From Spirochaetia bacterium (lineage in GTDB: Bacteria > Spirochaetota > Spirochaetia > CADAEX01), in NCBI GenBank assembly GCA_031548835.1, contig JAVBQS010000110.1:110-64109 (forward strand): 64,000 bases of DNA, written 5' to 3'. Below the pieces are notes generated by a model. The model was not told the origin of the DNA. It was given only the letters and a program-made list of their open reading frames with translations, and did not search any database. Positions 28,637 to 38,741 of the stretch are shown in pieces. The translations under genes were made by a program, and so were the position numbers. Within the stretch, counting starts at the first letter, position 1; each line of letters opens with the position of its first letter.

Positions 28637-30898
28637 ATGAATAATAAAAAAATATACATACGATTTAACCAAATTTTTTCTAAGAAGATAGAGAAAAATG
28701 CAGTCTATATGTTGACCGCATTTGTTATTTATTTTCTTATCTATTTTATTTATTATAAATATTCAGATACCAGAAATCTTTCTTTTGTATTAATAATTAT
28801 TGGATTTTCAAGTCTTAATATTTTGCTGTATAATTATCTAAATAAGAAAATAAAAAAATCTATTATAGAAAAGATTATAATAGTTATTAGTTTTTTAGCA
28901 TTAGCCGGATTGATTATCTTATTTTTCGACTGGTTATTTAAAATTAATATATTTGCTGATAAAATATATTTTAGACGTTATATTCTTGCCTTATTTTTTT
29001 TACAGACAATGGTTCTCTATCTTCCTTTTTTAAAAGATTTTGTAAAAAGTACAAATGAGAACGATAATATAAATATTAACTCTTCTTTATTTTATTTTGC
29101 ATTGTTATATATACTTTTTGTTATTTTTTTATATACTCCAACAGCTGTTTTTTCAACAGCTCCGGATGATTTTGATATTTCTTATATTAATATTATTCTT
29201 CCTGCAGCAGCAATTATTGCTATTTTATTTTTCTTGTTTGCAATTATATATAAGCTGATTGGCTGTAAATATAAAAATTTTTTTACTGTTTTAATTACAA
29301 TTTTTTCTGTATTATGCTTTGTTTATTCATATCTGTATCCTGGACAATATGGTTCGCTTAACTCTTTTCTTCTTTCTAATTCAGAAAATTTATATGGCAA
29401 TGTTTACAATTATCTTCTGGAATATTTTATATTATTAATAATTATCTGTTTTGTTGTTGTTTCAGTAAAAAAATATAATCATATAGCAAGAAATGTTTTA
29501 ATACTGCTTAATATTGTTGCTTTTTTACAATTTTCTTACTCAACTTTCTCAATTTATTCATCTAAACGTAATAATTTATTGAACACCCAAAAAACGGAAA
29601 ATTCTATTATTCTGCCTTCGTATAACGAAGAATTAATGAGTTTTTCCAAAACAGGAAAAAATATAATTGTTCTAATGCTTGATATGTTTTCAGGCGGGTA
29701 TATGGAAGAAATATTACAAGAAGATTCTGAGATAGAAAAAATTTATGAAGGATTTATATGGTATCCTAATACTTTGTCTATTTCTTATGTTACAAGCAGC
29801 AGTATTCCTTCAATGCAGGCTGGCTGGAAATATACGCCTGATGAGATTAATCGTACAAATAAAAAAAATACACTAGTTAAAATTATTGGCGATTCCTACA
29901 AAATATTACCAGAAATTCTATCTAAATATAATTACAAATCTGCTTATATTGACCCGGATTATTGCTATACATATCGCGGAGATATTTCAGAATTAAATAA
30001 GGCAGGAATTCTTGGCGGATTTAATAAAGATTATGTTGAATACTGGAAGAATAAAAATATGAAAGAATATAATAATATTTTTCCTGAAAAAAATAGAAAT
30101 AATGAATTAAAACTTCTTTTAATGGTAAGTATTTTTAAAGCTTCTCCAATTCTTGTAAAGCCTATAATATATGATAATGGTAATTGGATAGTAATTAAAA
30201 GCAGCGACCGTGAAAATTCTGCTTTTATGTCAAAGATAGAATATTGGTCTTTTATTGATTCAATGCCGCAGATATCAAATATAAATGAACAGAAGAATAC
30301 TTATAAATTTATAAAAAACAGTATTGCACATGATCCTTTCTCTTTAAGTAAGGATGGTAAATTAATTCTTGGTTTTCCTGATCCTGATGCAAAAGATAAT
30401 TTCCATGGAAAAAATGCTTACTATAGTGCAAGAGGAAGTCTTATCGCTATAGGAAGATGGCTTTCCTGGCTTAAAGAATCAGGAATATATGATAATACAA
30501 AAATAATAATAGTTTCTGATCACGGAAATGATCTTACTCAAGATCCCATGATGAAAAAAGATTTTAATGTAGATGGTATTTCTGGAGAAGAGTTTAATAG
30601 AATTCATGCTCTTTTGATGGTTAAAGATTTTAATAAAAAAGGTTTTCTAACAATTGATAATAGATTTATGAGCAATGCAGATGTTCCTGCAATTGTGTGT
30701 TCAGATTTTGATAAGAAAGGCGATATTATCTCAGACCCAACAAAACAGTTAATTGAGAATCGCGTGCTTAAAACCATGCGGGCTGAAAGCTGGAAATGGC
30801 ATTATATTTCTAAACATACAAAATTTAAATTTAAATGGAATTATGAAGTAAAAAATGATATGTTTGAATCACAAAATTGGGAAAAAGTTAATTACTGA
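28637..30898 (+). CDS. Large polytopic membrane protein with C-terminal alkaline-phosphatase-superfamily phosphotransferase domain (paralog 2)
   Basis: Start MNNKKIYIRF at 28637; the ORF is open from 28598. Motifs: 'FSKTGKNIIVLMLDMFSGGYM', 'YPNTLSISYVTSSSIPSMQAG', 'IAHDP', 'KIIIVSDHGND', 'FMSNADVPAIVC'. Confidence 0.6.
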   Translation: MNNKKIYIRFNQIFSKKIEKNAVYMLTAFVIYFLIYFIYYKYSDTRNLSFVLIIIGFSSLNILLYNYLNKKIKKSIIEKIIIVISFLALAGLIILFFDWLFKINIFADKIYFRRYILALFFLQTMVLYLPFLKDFVKSTNENDNININSSLFYFALLYILFVIFLYTPTAVFSTAPDDFDISYINIILPAAAIIAILFFLFAIIYKLIGCKYKNFFTVLITIFSVLCFVYSYLYPGQYGSLNSFLLSNSENLYGNVYNYLLEYFILLIIICFVVVSVKKYNHIARNVLILLNIVAFLQFSYSTFSIYSSKRNNLLNTQKTENSIILPSYNEELMSFSKTGKNIIVLMLDMFSGGYMEEILQEDSEIEKIYEGFIWYPNTLSISYVTSSSIPSMQAGWKYTPDEINRTNKKNTLVKIIGDSYKILPEILSKYNYKSAYIDPDYCYTYRGDISELNKAGILGGFNKDYVEYWKNKNMKEYNNIFPEKNRNNELKLLLMVSIFKASPILVKPIIYDNGNWIVIKSSDRENSAFMSKIEYWSFIDSMPQISNINEQKNTYKFIKNSIAHDPFSLSKDGKLILGFPDPDAKDNFHGKNAYYSARGSLIAIGRWLSWLKESGIYDNTKIIIVSDHGNDLTQDPMMKKDFNVDGISGEEFNRIHALLMVKDFNKKGFLTIDNRFMSNADVPAIVCSDFDKKGDIISDPTKQLIENRVLKTMRAESWKWHYISKHTKFKFKWNYEVKNDMFESQNWEKVNY

Positions 30899-30921
30899 TA
30901 TATAAAAAGTATAAAAGATTA

Positions 30922-31929
30922 TTGAAAATGAAAATAAATATTAAAAAATTTAAAAAACATTTATCAATTGCTCTTGCAAATATAAGAGTGCTATTTATTA
31001 TTTTTTTCCTGCAAAAAAAAGCATGGAAAAAAAGTGATGTTGATTTTGTATGGAATAGAAAATTTGCAGAGATTTGCAGTTGTTATCCTTTCTTTTTCCC
31101 ATATAAGATTGTCAGCAAAAATATATTTAAAATAGAACGGCGAATTATTGATTATTTTTCATATAGACAAATCAACAAAAAAATAAAAGAAAATAATCTG
31201 GTATATGTTTCTCTTGATAGTATGGATTATTTTAAAAGAAGCATATTAAAAAAAATCAATAGCAGCTTTATTTTAATAACAGGAGATTCTGATTTAACAC
31301 CATCTGAACACAAAGAGTTGCTGGATAATAAAAATATTCTCCATTGGTTTGCCCAGAATTGTGACATAAAGCATCCAAAGATTTCCAGTTTACCAATAGG
31401 CCTTGATTACCACACAATTGCCACATATTCCCATTGGGGAAGCAAGCGCATTTCTCCAAAAGAACAGGAACAGGAATTACTTGATATTAGAAAGACTGAT
31501 ATAAAAAAAGAACTTAAAATATTTACAAATTTTCATTTAAATATCAATTCTCCTGCAAGGGAAAGACTTTATAAAGAACTTAAAGGAAGCAGTTTATTTT
31601 TTTTCCAGGAAAAACCTTTATCCCGAACTGAAACATGGAAGATTCAAAGAAAATATAACTTTGTTTTTTCTCCTGCCGGGGTTGGAATGGATTGTCACAG
31701 GACATGGGAAGCTTTAATTCTTGGGTGTATACCTATTGTAGAAACAAGTTTTCTTGATAATCTTTACTCGGAATTTCCAATCGTAGTTATAAAAAATCCT
31801 AATGATATAACTGAAGAAAATTTATTAAAATGGTCTATTCTATATAAAAATAGTTTTGATAATAATCTTGAATTAAAGTTAAAAAATAGATATTGGATTG
31901 AGAAAATCAAAAGCACACAGAAAAAATAA
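30922..31929 (+). CDS. Hypothetical protein, possible glycosyltransferase (unassigned family)
   Basis: One N-terminal TM. Acidic 'LITGDSDL' motif and C-terminal 'SPAGVGMDCHRTWEALILGCIPIV' resemble a sugar-transferase C-terminus. A xylosyltransferase would be expected given the UDP-Xyl branch. This is speculative. Confidence 0.3.
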   Translation: MKMKINIKKFKKHLSIALANIRVLFIIFFLQKKAWKKSDVDFVWNRKFAEICSCYPFFFPYKIVSKNIFKIERRIIDYFSYRQINKKIKENNLVYVSLDSMDYFKRSILKKINSSFILITGDSDLTPSEHKELLDNKNILHWFAQNCDIKHPKISSLPIGLDYHTIATYSHWGSKRISPKEQEQELLDIRKTDIKKELKIFTNFHLNINSPARERLYKELKGSSLFFFQEKPLSRTETWKIQRKYNFVFSPAGVGMDCHRTWEALILGCIPIVETSFLDNLYSEFPIVVIKNPNDITEENLLKWSILYKNSFDNNLELKLKNRYWIEKIKSTQKK

Positions 31930-32129
31930 TGTAGCTGTAAAAATTTTGAATTTATTAAAAAACCAAGTTTTGTATAATTCATTATATTTGCAAGCTGGAG
32001 AAGATTATAATTATTGTTTTTTTTATTCGTTCTTTTGTATGGCTGTTTCAGGCTTTTATAGATTTTTTTATGATTTTTACAAAACTTTTGAAAAATCATA
32101 TTTGTATATAAATATAGTATATTTTTCTT

Positions 32130-32458
32130 TTTTGGCCTCTTAATAATAATACCAAAATTATTATTTTTAGTTACCATGGTGGGTATTCTGATATGAAAGC
32201 GCTTCCCGTGCAGGCAACGCTTAATAAAAACCATTTTGCTGGTAAAGGATTTTAATTCCAGTGGGTTTATGTTAAAATCAGATAAATTTATGACAAATAT
32301 AGATGTTTCAGCAATAGCCGTAAAATCTTTAAAACAGACAATTAATCTGTATACAGGAAGCGAAAAAACAGAAAGAAGATTTTCTTGTTATTAAAAGGAC
32401 AACAGAAATAAAAAGCAAAAATATCTTTGCCGCGAAAAATTGGGTACAAGTAGAATAA
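32130..32458 (+). pseudogene. Decayed C-terminal remnant of a paralog-1-type alkaline-phosphatase-superfamily transferase
   Basis: 'WPLNNNTKIIIFSYHGGYS' versus paralog 1 'YDNTKIIIVSDHGWS' (the catalytic Asp is Tyr here). 'TILLVKDFNSSGFMLKSDKFMTNIDVSAIAVKSL' versus 'PLLLVKDFNSRGSIVRSDQFMTNADVPAIAVKSL'. The terminal 'KNIFAAKNWVQVE*' versus 'KNIFDSENWVSIK*'. Several frameshifts and an internal deletion are present. Confidence 0.75.
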
Positions 32459-32520
32459 AAATAGTTGTTAGAAGTAAAAAATATGATTTTTAGTAATTTT
32501 TTACAGGAGAGGGGTATAGA

Positions 32521-34758
32521 GTGTTAAAATTTTTAAAAAAATATCAATCATCTTTTGTTTTATCTATTTTATTTTTTGCATTTTATATGCTCATTTTTTA
32601 TAAAATAGATCAATATTCCGGCAGCCGATTTAGTTATTATATTTTTGCATGCGGCAGTTTATTAATTTTGGATATTTGTTTGTTTATAAATATATTTTTT
32701 AGATATCGTGACAAAAAGATTAATAATTTTTTCTTTTATGTCACAACTTTAATTTTTTTTATAATTATTTTATTAACAACAGATTGGATATTTAAGTTAA
32801 ATATTTTTACATCAAATTATAAATTTAAAATAATAATATTGTTTTTTCAGCTATTATATATTTTTATTATTTTGGGATATTTTATTGGAAAAAGTATTTT
32901 TAACGCTGAACTTTTTCCAAAGAGTGAAAAAATAAAAATTACTCAAATAATAAGTGTTGTTTTATATATCAGTTTGATTCTTTTTCTTATGACACCTTTG
33001 AGATTATATGCAACATCGCCCGGAGAAGTTGAAATAGCTTTTATTAGTCTTTTAAAAGCATGTGTTATTAATTTTGTTATATCTTTAATTATCCTTTTTT
33101 TTGTATTTTTTATATTTCCAGGATTTTTAAAAAAGTATTTAACAGTGTTTTTATATTTTACAGCAGGGTTCATCTTTTTTTACATATTTATTTTTCCTGC
33201 AAATTATGGAGCTCTTGATAATTTTGTGTTGAAAAATGCGGATAATCTTTATGGCGTATTTTATAAAAATGTAATAGAAGCATTTTTTATAATTTTGTTA
33301 TGGCATGTAGTTTTATATTTTATTAATCATAAAAAAATAAAAATTCTGGCAATTGCTTTTTTTATACTTTCTGCAGTTGCTTCAATAGAATCTGTTGTTG
33401 TTTTTGCTAAAGGAAAAAGTTTGCTTTCTGTAAATAATACAAATAATACAAATAATACAACTGGAGACCTTCTACCTGCTTACAATTATAAAATGATGGG
33501 ATATTCCAGAACAGGAAAAAATATTGTTGTTATTCTTTTTGATATGATGACAGGCGGTGATATTCCGAGAATTTTTAAAGAACATCCTGAATTGGCAGAG
33601 ACATATAATGGATTTATATGGTATCCAAACACGCTTACTGTTGGCGACAATACAGCAACAAGTATGGCGTCAATGTATGGTGGGAAAATATATTCGCCGG
33701 CAGAAATCAATAAGAATAATTTTAACAAATCACTTCTTGAGATTATTACAGAAAGTTATGAAGTATTGCCTAATTTACTAAAAGAAAAAAATTATGTAAC
33801 AGCTTATACAAATCCGGAATATTATTTTTCTCCGCGTGGAGATGTTGATGTTTTAAATAAAAAAGGAATTATAGCAGGTTTTAATAAAGATTATGTTCCA
33901 TATTGGAAAAATATAAATCGAGAAAAGGAAGAATATGTTGCCAAATTTGATACGACATCAATCCGTCTTCTTACAATGGTTTCGTTATTTAAAGCTTCTC
34001 CTGTTTTATTAAAATCAATTATTTATGATAATGGAGATTGGCTGATTATCGAAAAAGATGAGATAAAAAATAAAGCATATAATTTTGCTCTTGAATCCTG
34101 GGCTTTTCTCGATCTTATGAAAGATATATCAAATACAAATGAAACTCAAAATACTTTTAAATATTTTCATAATTATATTACACATGAACCATATGCAATG
34201 AGCAAAGAAGGTGTTTTACAAAAAGAAGAATATCCTGACCCATCTGCGGGCGATAATATTCATGGGGATAATGCATATTACAGTGCAAAAGCTGCTATTT
34301 TAGCAACTGCAAGGTGGATTGATTGGCTGAAAAAAGAAAAAATTTATGATAATACAATGATAATTCTTGTTTCTGATCACGGGCACCCATTTACTGAAAG
34401 TCCTATGATAACTCCTGATTTTAAAAATCAGGATATTACAAGCAATATTTTTACAAGATCTCAGGCATTTTTAATGGTTAAAAAATTTAATAATGATAAA
34501 GATTTTAAAACAGATTGGAGGTTCATGAGTAATGGAGATATTCCCTCAATTATTTGTGAAGCTGCAGGTATTTATAATGAAAAAATTGGCAAAGATCCGA
34601 CAACAGGAGAACCATTGCAAAATAGAGTTCTTGATACTTTTCGTACAAAAAGTTGGCGGTGGGAACATCTTGTCCGGAGTTCTAAATTTGATGTGGTATG
34701 GCACTATCAGGTAAAAGACTCTATATTTAATGATAAGAATTGGACTAAAATTAAATAA
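32521..34758 (+). CDS. Large polytopic membrane protein with C-terminal alkaline-phosphatase-superfamily phosphotransferase domain (paralog 3)
   Basis: GTG start. Motifs: 'YSRTGKNIVVILFDMMTGGDIP', 'YPNTLTVGDNTATSMASMYGG' (EptA-like Thr nucleophile context), 'ITHEP', 'MIILVSDHGHP', 'FMSNGDIPSII'. Contains an in-frame 9-bp x3 tandem repeat. Confidence 0.6.
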   Translation: MLKFLKKYQSSFVLSILFFAFYMLIFYKIDQYSGSRFSYYIFACGSLLILDICLFINIFFRYRDKKINNFFFYVTTLIFFIIILLTTDWIFKLNIFTSNYKFKIIILFFQLLYIFIILGYFIGKSIFNAELFPKSEKIKITQIISVVLYISLILFLMTPLRLYATSPGEVEIAFISLLKACVINFVISLIILFFVFFIFPGFLKKYLTVFLYFTAGFIFFYIFIFPANYGALDNFVLKNADNLYGVFYKNVIEAFFIILLWHVVLYFINHKKIKILAIAFFILSAVASIESVVVFAKGKSLLSVNNTNNTNNTTGDLLPAYNYKMMGYSRTGKNIVVILFDMMTGGDIPRIFKEHPELAETYNGFIWYPNTLTVGDNTATSMASMYGGKIYSPAEINKNNFNKSLLEIITESYEVLPNLLKEKNYVTAYTNPEYYFSPRGDVDVLNKKGIIAGFNKDYVPYWKNINREKEEYVAKFDTTSIRLLTMVSLFKASPVLLKSIIYDNGDWLIIEKDEIKNKAYNFALESWAFLDLMKDISNTNETQNTFKYFHNYITHEPYAMSKEGVLQKEEYPDPSAGDNIHGDNAYYSAKAAILATARWIDWLKKEKIYDNTMIILVSDHGHPFTESPMITPDFKNQDITSNIFTRSQAFLMVKKFNNDKDFKTDWRFMSNGDIPSIICEAAGIYNEKIGKDPTTGEPLQNRVLDTFRTKSWRWEHLVRSSKFDVVWHYQVKDSIFNDKNWTKIK
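33434..33460 (+). repeat. In-frame tandem repeat (aataataca)x3 encoding NNT-NNT-NNT
   Basis: Exact 9-bp triplication inside paralog 3, in the linker between the membrane and catalytic domains. Confidence 0.8.
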
Positions 34759-34809
34759 TATATTAATTAAAGTAATATTAATAAATGTTTAACTGATAGG
34801 TAATTATTT

Positions 34810-36228
34810 ATGGAAAATTTAAATTTTAACAATATTCATGTGATTGTTATAGGCGATATAATGCTTGATATTTATTACTATGGAAAAGTAAGCAGGCTCT
34901 CTCCCGAAGCTCCTGTTCCTATTGTAAAAGTTGATCATACTACTTATACCCCAGGCGGCGCTGCAAATGTTGCTGTAAATATTTCAGATGCCGGGGCATC
35001 TCCATTCTTGTTGGGATATGCAGGTAACGATGATAACAGGAAAAAACTTGAAAAACTGGCAAATGATAAAAAAATAAATTTTAATTTTATATCAGTAAAA
35101 AATCCTACAATAACAAAAGCAAGAATTATAGGCGAACGCCAACAGATTGTAAGAATGGATTTTGAAGATGCAATGGAAAATAACAGAGAAGCTGAAAATC
35201 TGTTAAAAAAAGCATTCCAGGAACAGGTGGAAAAAAAATGTGATGCAGTTATCTTATCTGACTATGGAAAAGGAATTTGTTCTGAAGAGTTTTGCCAATT
35301 TGTAATAAAAATATGCAATGAAAAAGACATTCCTACAGTAGTTGATCCTAAAGGAACAAGCTGGGAAAAATATTCAGGCAGCTATATTGTCACTCCAAAT
35401 TTTTCCGAGTTCAAGGCAATGGTTGGTAAAGAAATATCCAACAGTGATGAAGATATGGAAAAGCATGTGGCTGGTATTGCAAAAAAATATAATCTGCAAA
35501 AACTGCTTGTGACAAGATCAGAAAAAGGAATGAGCTGTTTTGACGGAAAATCAATAATCCACATGCCTACAAAGGCAAAAGAAGTATTTGATGTATCAGG
35601 CGCAGGCGATACTGTTGTAGCTATTTTATCTGTATGCCTTGGCGCAAAATTTAATCTTGAAGAATCGCTCCTGGTTGCAAATAAAGCAGCAGGCATTGTT
35701 GTGGGAAAACTGGGAACAGCATCTGCTACTGTTGAAGAAATTGAAAAATCTTTTGATGATGATGAAAGGAAAAAAGTTATAAATATAAATGATCTTGAAA
35801 ATGTTGTTAGCAGCTTGCGAAGAAGAGGGAAAAAAATAGTTTTTACCAACGGGTGTTTTGATATTGTACATGCAGGCCATGTAAAAGTTTTAAAAGAAGC
35901 AAAATCCTTCGGCGATATTCTTATTCTTGGGCTTAACAGCGATTCATCAATTAAAAAGCTTAAGGGAGAATCCAGGCCTATAAACAATCTTGCAGACAGG
36001 CTTATAGTTTTAACAAATTTTTCTTTCATAGATTATGTTGTTGTTTTTGATACAGACACACCTCTTGAAATAATTAAAAAAATAAAACCAGATGTTCTTG
36101 TAAAAGGCGGGGATTATTCTGTTGAAACAGTTGTGGGCCATGAATATGCAAAAGAGGTAAAGCTTGTAAAATTTCTCGAAGGATATTCAAGCACAAATAT
36201 AATAAAGAAAATACAGGGGAGACAATAA
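34810..36228 (+). CDS. hldE: Bifunctional D-beta-D-heptose 7-phosphate kinase / D-beta-D-heptose 1-phosphate adenylyltransferase
   Basis: Domain I 'IHVIVIGDIMLDIYYYGKVSRLSPEAPVPIV' (ribokinase-like). Domain II 'IVFTNGCFDIVHAGHVKVLKEAK' (cytidylyltransferase fold). Confidence 0.9.
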   Translation: MENLNFNNIHVIVIGDIMLDIYYYGKVSRLSPEAPVPIVKVDHTTYTPGGAANVAVNISDAGASPFLLGYAGNDDNRKKLEKLANDKKINFNFISVKNPTITKARIIGERQQIVRMDFEDAMENNREAENLLKKAFQEQVEKKCDAVILSDYGKGICSEEFCQFVIKICNEKDIPTVVDPKGTSWEKYSGSYIVTPNFSEFKAMVGKEISNSDEDMEKHVAGIAKKYNLQKLLVTRSEKGMSCFDGKSIIHMPTKAKEVFDVSGAGDTVVAILSVCLGAKFNLEESLLVANKAAGIVVGKLGTASATVEEIEKSFDDDERKKVININDLENVVSSLRRRGKKIVFTNGCFDIVHAGHVKVLKEAKSFGDILILGLNSDSSIKKLKGESRPINNLADRLIVLTNFSFIDYVVVFDTDTPLEIIKKIKPDVLVKGGDYSVETVVGHEYAKEVKLVKFLEGYSSTNIIKKIQGRQ

Positions 36229-37172
36229 TGATAATAGTAACAGGCGGGGCTGGCTTTATAGGCAGCAATATTGTTAAAGGATTAAACAATAAAGGCATTG
36301 AAGATATAATTGTTGTAGATGATTTAAAAAATAGCGAAAAACATCTTAATCTTAACAGTTTGAAATTTAAAGATTTTCTGCCTAAAGATGAGTTTCTGGC
36401 CAAGCTGGACTCTATCGATAATATCTCTCTTATTTCACATCAGGGAGCATGCTCAGACACAATGGAAACTGACGGCGCTTTTATGATGGATAACAATTAT
36501 GATTTTAGCAAACAGCTTTATAATTTTTGCAGCAGAAAAAAAATTAAATTTATTTATGCTTCTTCTGCTTCTGTATATGGCAATGGCGACAAAGGATTTA
36601 AAGAAGATGTAAGCAATGAATATCCGCTAAATATATATGCCTATTCCAAATTTTTGTTTGATCAGTATGTAAGAAACAATGCTAAATTATCCAAAAACCA
36701 AGTGGTAGGCCTTAGGTATTTTAATGTTTATGGGCCGCAGGAAAATCATAAAGGAAAAATGGCATCTGTGTTTTTCCATTTCTATAACCAGGCTAAGGAA
36801 ACAGGTGTTATAAAAGTATTTGAGGGAAGTAAAAATTTTCTGAGAGATTTTGTTTTTGTTGATGATATAGTAAATATCAATCTTCATTTTCATGAAAATA
36901 ATATTTCAGGAATATTTAACTGCGGTACAGGCGACTGCAAAAGTTTTTATGATGTTGCAACAGCCGTAAAAGAACAGTTTTCGGGAAAAGAGGTAAAAAT
37001 AGAAGAAATACCTTTCCCTGAAAAATTAAAAGGAAAATATCAGGCTTATACAAAAGCAGATCTTGAAAATTTAAGAAAGAATGGAAAATATGATAAAGAG
37101 ATGACCGATATTTCTAAAGGCGCATCTAATTATCTCAAAATACTTGATAAAAATTCAGGATATTATAAATAA
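36228..37172 (+). CDS. hldD: ADP-L-glycero-D-manno-heptose 6-epimerase
   Basis: '[42 protein letters not shown]' closely parallels the E. coli RfaD N-terminus. ATG overlaps the hldE stop. Confidence 0.9.
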   Translation: MIIVTGGAGFIGSNIVKGLNNKGIEDIIVVDDLKNSEKHLNLNSLKFKDFLPKDEFLAKLDSIDNISLISHQGACSDTMETDGAFMMDNNYDFSKQLYNFCSRKKIKFIYASSASVYGNGDKGFKEDVSNEYPLNIYAYSKFLFDQYVRNNAKLSKNQVVGLRYFNVYGPQENHKGKMASVFFHFYNQAKETGVIKVFEGSKNFLRDFVFVDDIVNINLHFHENNISGIFNCGTGDCKSFYDVATAVKEQFSGKEVKIEEIPFPEKLKGKYQAYTKADLENLRKNGKYDKEMTDISKGASNYLKILDKNSGYYK

Positions 37173-37176
37173 TATT

Positions 37177-37719
37177 ATGAATAAAAAAAATGGATGGTCG
37201 CTGTTTCTTGACAGAGATGGTGTTATAAATGAAAGAATGCCAGATGCATATATAAAAGATTTTAAAGATTTTAAATTCAAAAAAGACTTTCTTGATATCT
37301 TTCCTAAAATTGCTCCTTTCTTTGATTATATTTTTATTGTTACAAATCAGCAGGGCATAGGCAAAGGGCTCATGACAACTAGCGATCTTGAAGCAATACA
37401 TAAAAAAATGGTTAAAAAGCTGAATAAACTTGCTGGAAAAATTGATAAGATTTATTTTTGCCCCCATCTTAAAGATGATAACTGCCAATGCAGAAAACCG
37501 AATCCTGAAATGGCATATATGGCAAAAAAAGATTATCCTGATGTTGATTTTAAAAAATCTCTATTAATAGGGGATAGTGAGAGCGACATAGAATTTGGAA
37601 AAAATACAGGAATGAAAACAATTCTTATAAATAATGGTAATAGCAAAACAACTTCTGCAGATTATTCTGCTGCTGATTTTTATAAAATAGAAAAAATAAT
37701 AGAAAGGCTGTTAAAATGA
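37177..37719 (+). CDS. gmhB: D-glycero-D-manno-heptose 1,7-bisphosphate phosphatase (HAD superfamily)
   Basis: 'LFLDRDGVIN' (HAD motif I), 'VTNQQGIGKG', and the Zn-binding 'CPHLKDDNCQCRKPNP'. Start taken at MNKKNGW (37177) rather than the in-ORF 37144, which would overlap hldD. Confidence 0.8.
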   Translation: MNKKNGWSLFLDRDGVINERMPDAYIKDFKDFKFKKDFLDIFPKIAPFFDYIFIVTNQQGIGKGLMTTSDLEAIHKKMVKKLNKLAGKIDKIYFCPHLKDDNCQCRKPNPEMAYMAKKDYPDVDFKKSLLIGDSESDIEFGKNTGMKTILINNGNSKTTSADYSAADFYKIEKIIERLLK

Positions 37720-38684
37720 AAAATATACTTGTAACAGGTGCCGCAGGGTTTATAGGAAGCAGAGTTTTTGAAAAACTTGCTGATTATGGGTATAAAATTA
37801 CAGGTATTGATAATATCAATAATTATTATGATATAAGACTTAAACAGCACAGGCTGGAAAAGCTGGCTGGAAAAGCTGCAGAATTTTATAAAATAGATAT
37901 AGAAAATTATCCTGAATTAAAAAAGCTTTTTGAAAATAAAAAATTTGATGCTGTTATAAATCTTGCGGCGCGCCCTGGAGTAAGGGCAAGCATAGAAAAT
38001 CCTGATATCTATTTTTCAACTAATTTGCAGGGAACACTTAATCTTTTAAAACTTTGTGTGGATCATAAAATAGATAAATTGATACTTGCATCAACATCTT
38101 CATTATACTCAGGCGAGGCCACTCCTTTTTCAGAAAAATATCCAGTAAATGAACCTATTTCCCCATATGCTGCATCTAAAAAAGCAGCAGAAGCAATATG
38201 CTATACATATCATTATCTTTATAACATTGATATTACTATTTTAAGATATTTTACAGTCTATGGGCCTGCAGGCCGCCCAGATATGAGTCCGCTCCGCTTC
38301 ATACATTCAATTGTTGAGGGAAAACCGCTTGAACTGTACGGCGACGGAAATCAGTCAAGGGATTTCACTTATATAGATGATATTGCAGAAGGAACAATAA
38401 AAGCTCTTTCGCCGGTTGGATATGAAATAATAAATCTTGGCGGGGGCAACAATCCTATAACAATAAATAGTTTTATAAAAGCGATTGAGGAAAAAACAGG
38501 CAGAAAAGCTGTAATAGAATATCTTCCTTTTAATAAAGCTGATATGAAAGAGACAATGGCAGATATAAGCAAAGCTTTTAATCTTCTTGGCTGGCAGCCT
38601 AAAATAGGGGTTAATGAAGGAATAGAAAAAACTGTTGATTGGTATCTCAAAAACAGAGAGTTGATGAGAAAGATAGAATATTAG
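37716..38684 (+). CDS. NAD-dependent epimerase/dehydratase (UDP-glucuronate 4-epimerase-like)
   Basis: 'ILVTGAAGFIGSRVFEKLADYGYKITGIDNINNYYDIRLKQHRLEKL' matches the Cap1J/LpsL-type N-terminus. Catalytic 'YAASKKAAE'. Confidence 0.65.
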   Translation: MKNILVTGAAGFIGSRVFEKLADYGYKITGIDNINNYYDIRLKQHRLEKLAGKAAEFYKIDIENYPELKKLFENKKFDAVINLAARPGVRASIENPDIYFSTNLQGTLNLLKLCVDHKIDKLILASTSSLYSGEATPFSEKYPVNEPISPYAASKKAAEAICYTYHYLYNIDITILRYFTVYGPAGRPDMSPLRFIHSIVEGKPLELYGDGNQSRDFTYIDDIAEGTIKALSPVGYEIINLGGGNNPITINSFIKAIEEKTGRKAVIEYLPFNKADMKETMADISKAFNLLGWQPKIGVNEGIEKTVDWYLKNRELMRKIEY

Positions 38685-38741
38685 TAATACTATTTGCTTT
38701 TTAGTTTTAAGCAATCTTCTGAAAATAATAATTAAAAATTT

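Noticed and set aside
17781-34758. Calling the large paralogs arylsulfatases
   Set aside because: No C/S-x-P-x-R formylglycine motif. The nucleophile region instead resembles the Thr-containing EptA/LtaS context, so they were called phosphotransferase-type alkaline-phosphatase-superfamily enzymes.
37144-37176. ORF-track start of gmhB at 37144
   Set aside because: That start would overlap the last 29 nt of hldD in another frame. The ATG at 37177 immediately follows the hldD stop and gives the canonical GmhB N-terminus (…LFLDRDGVIN).
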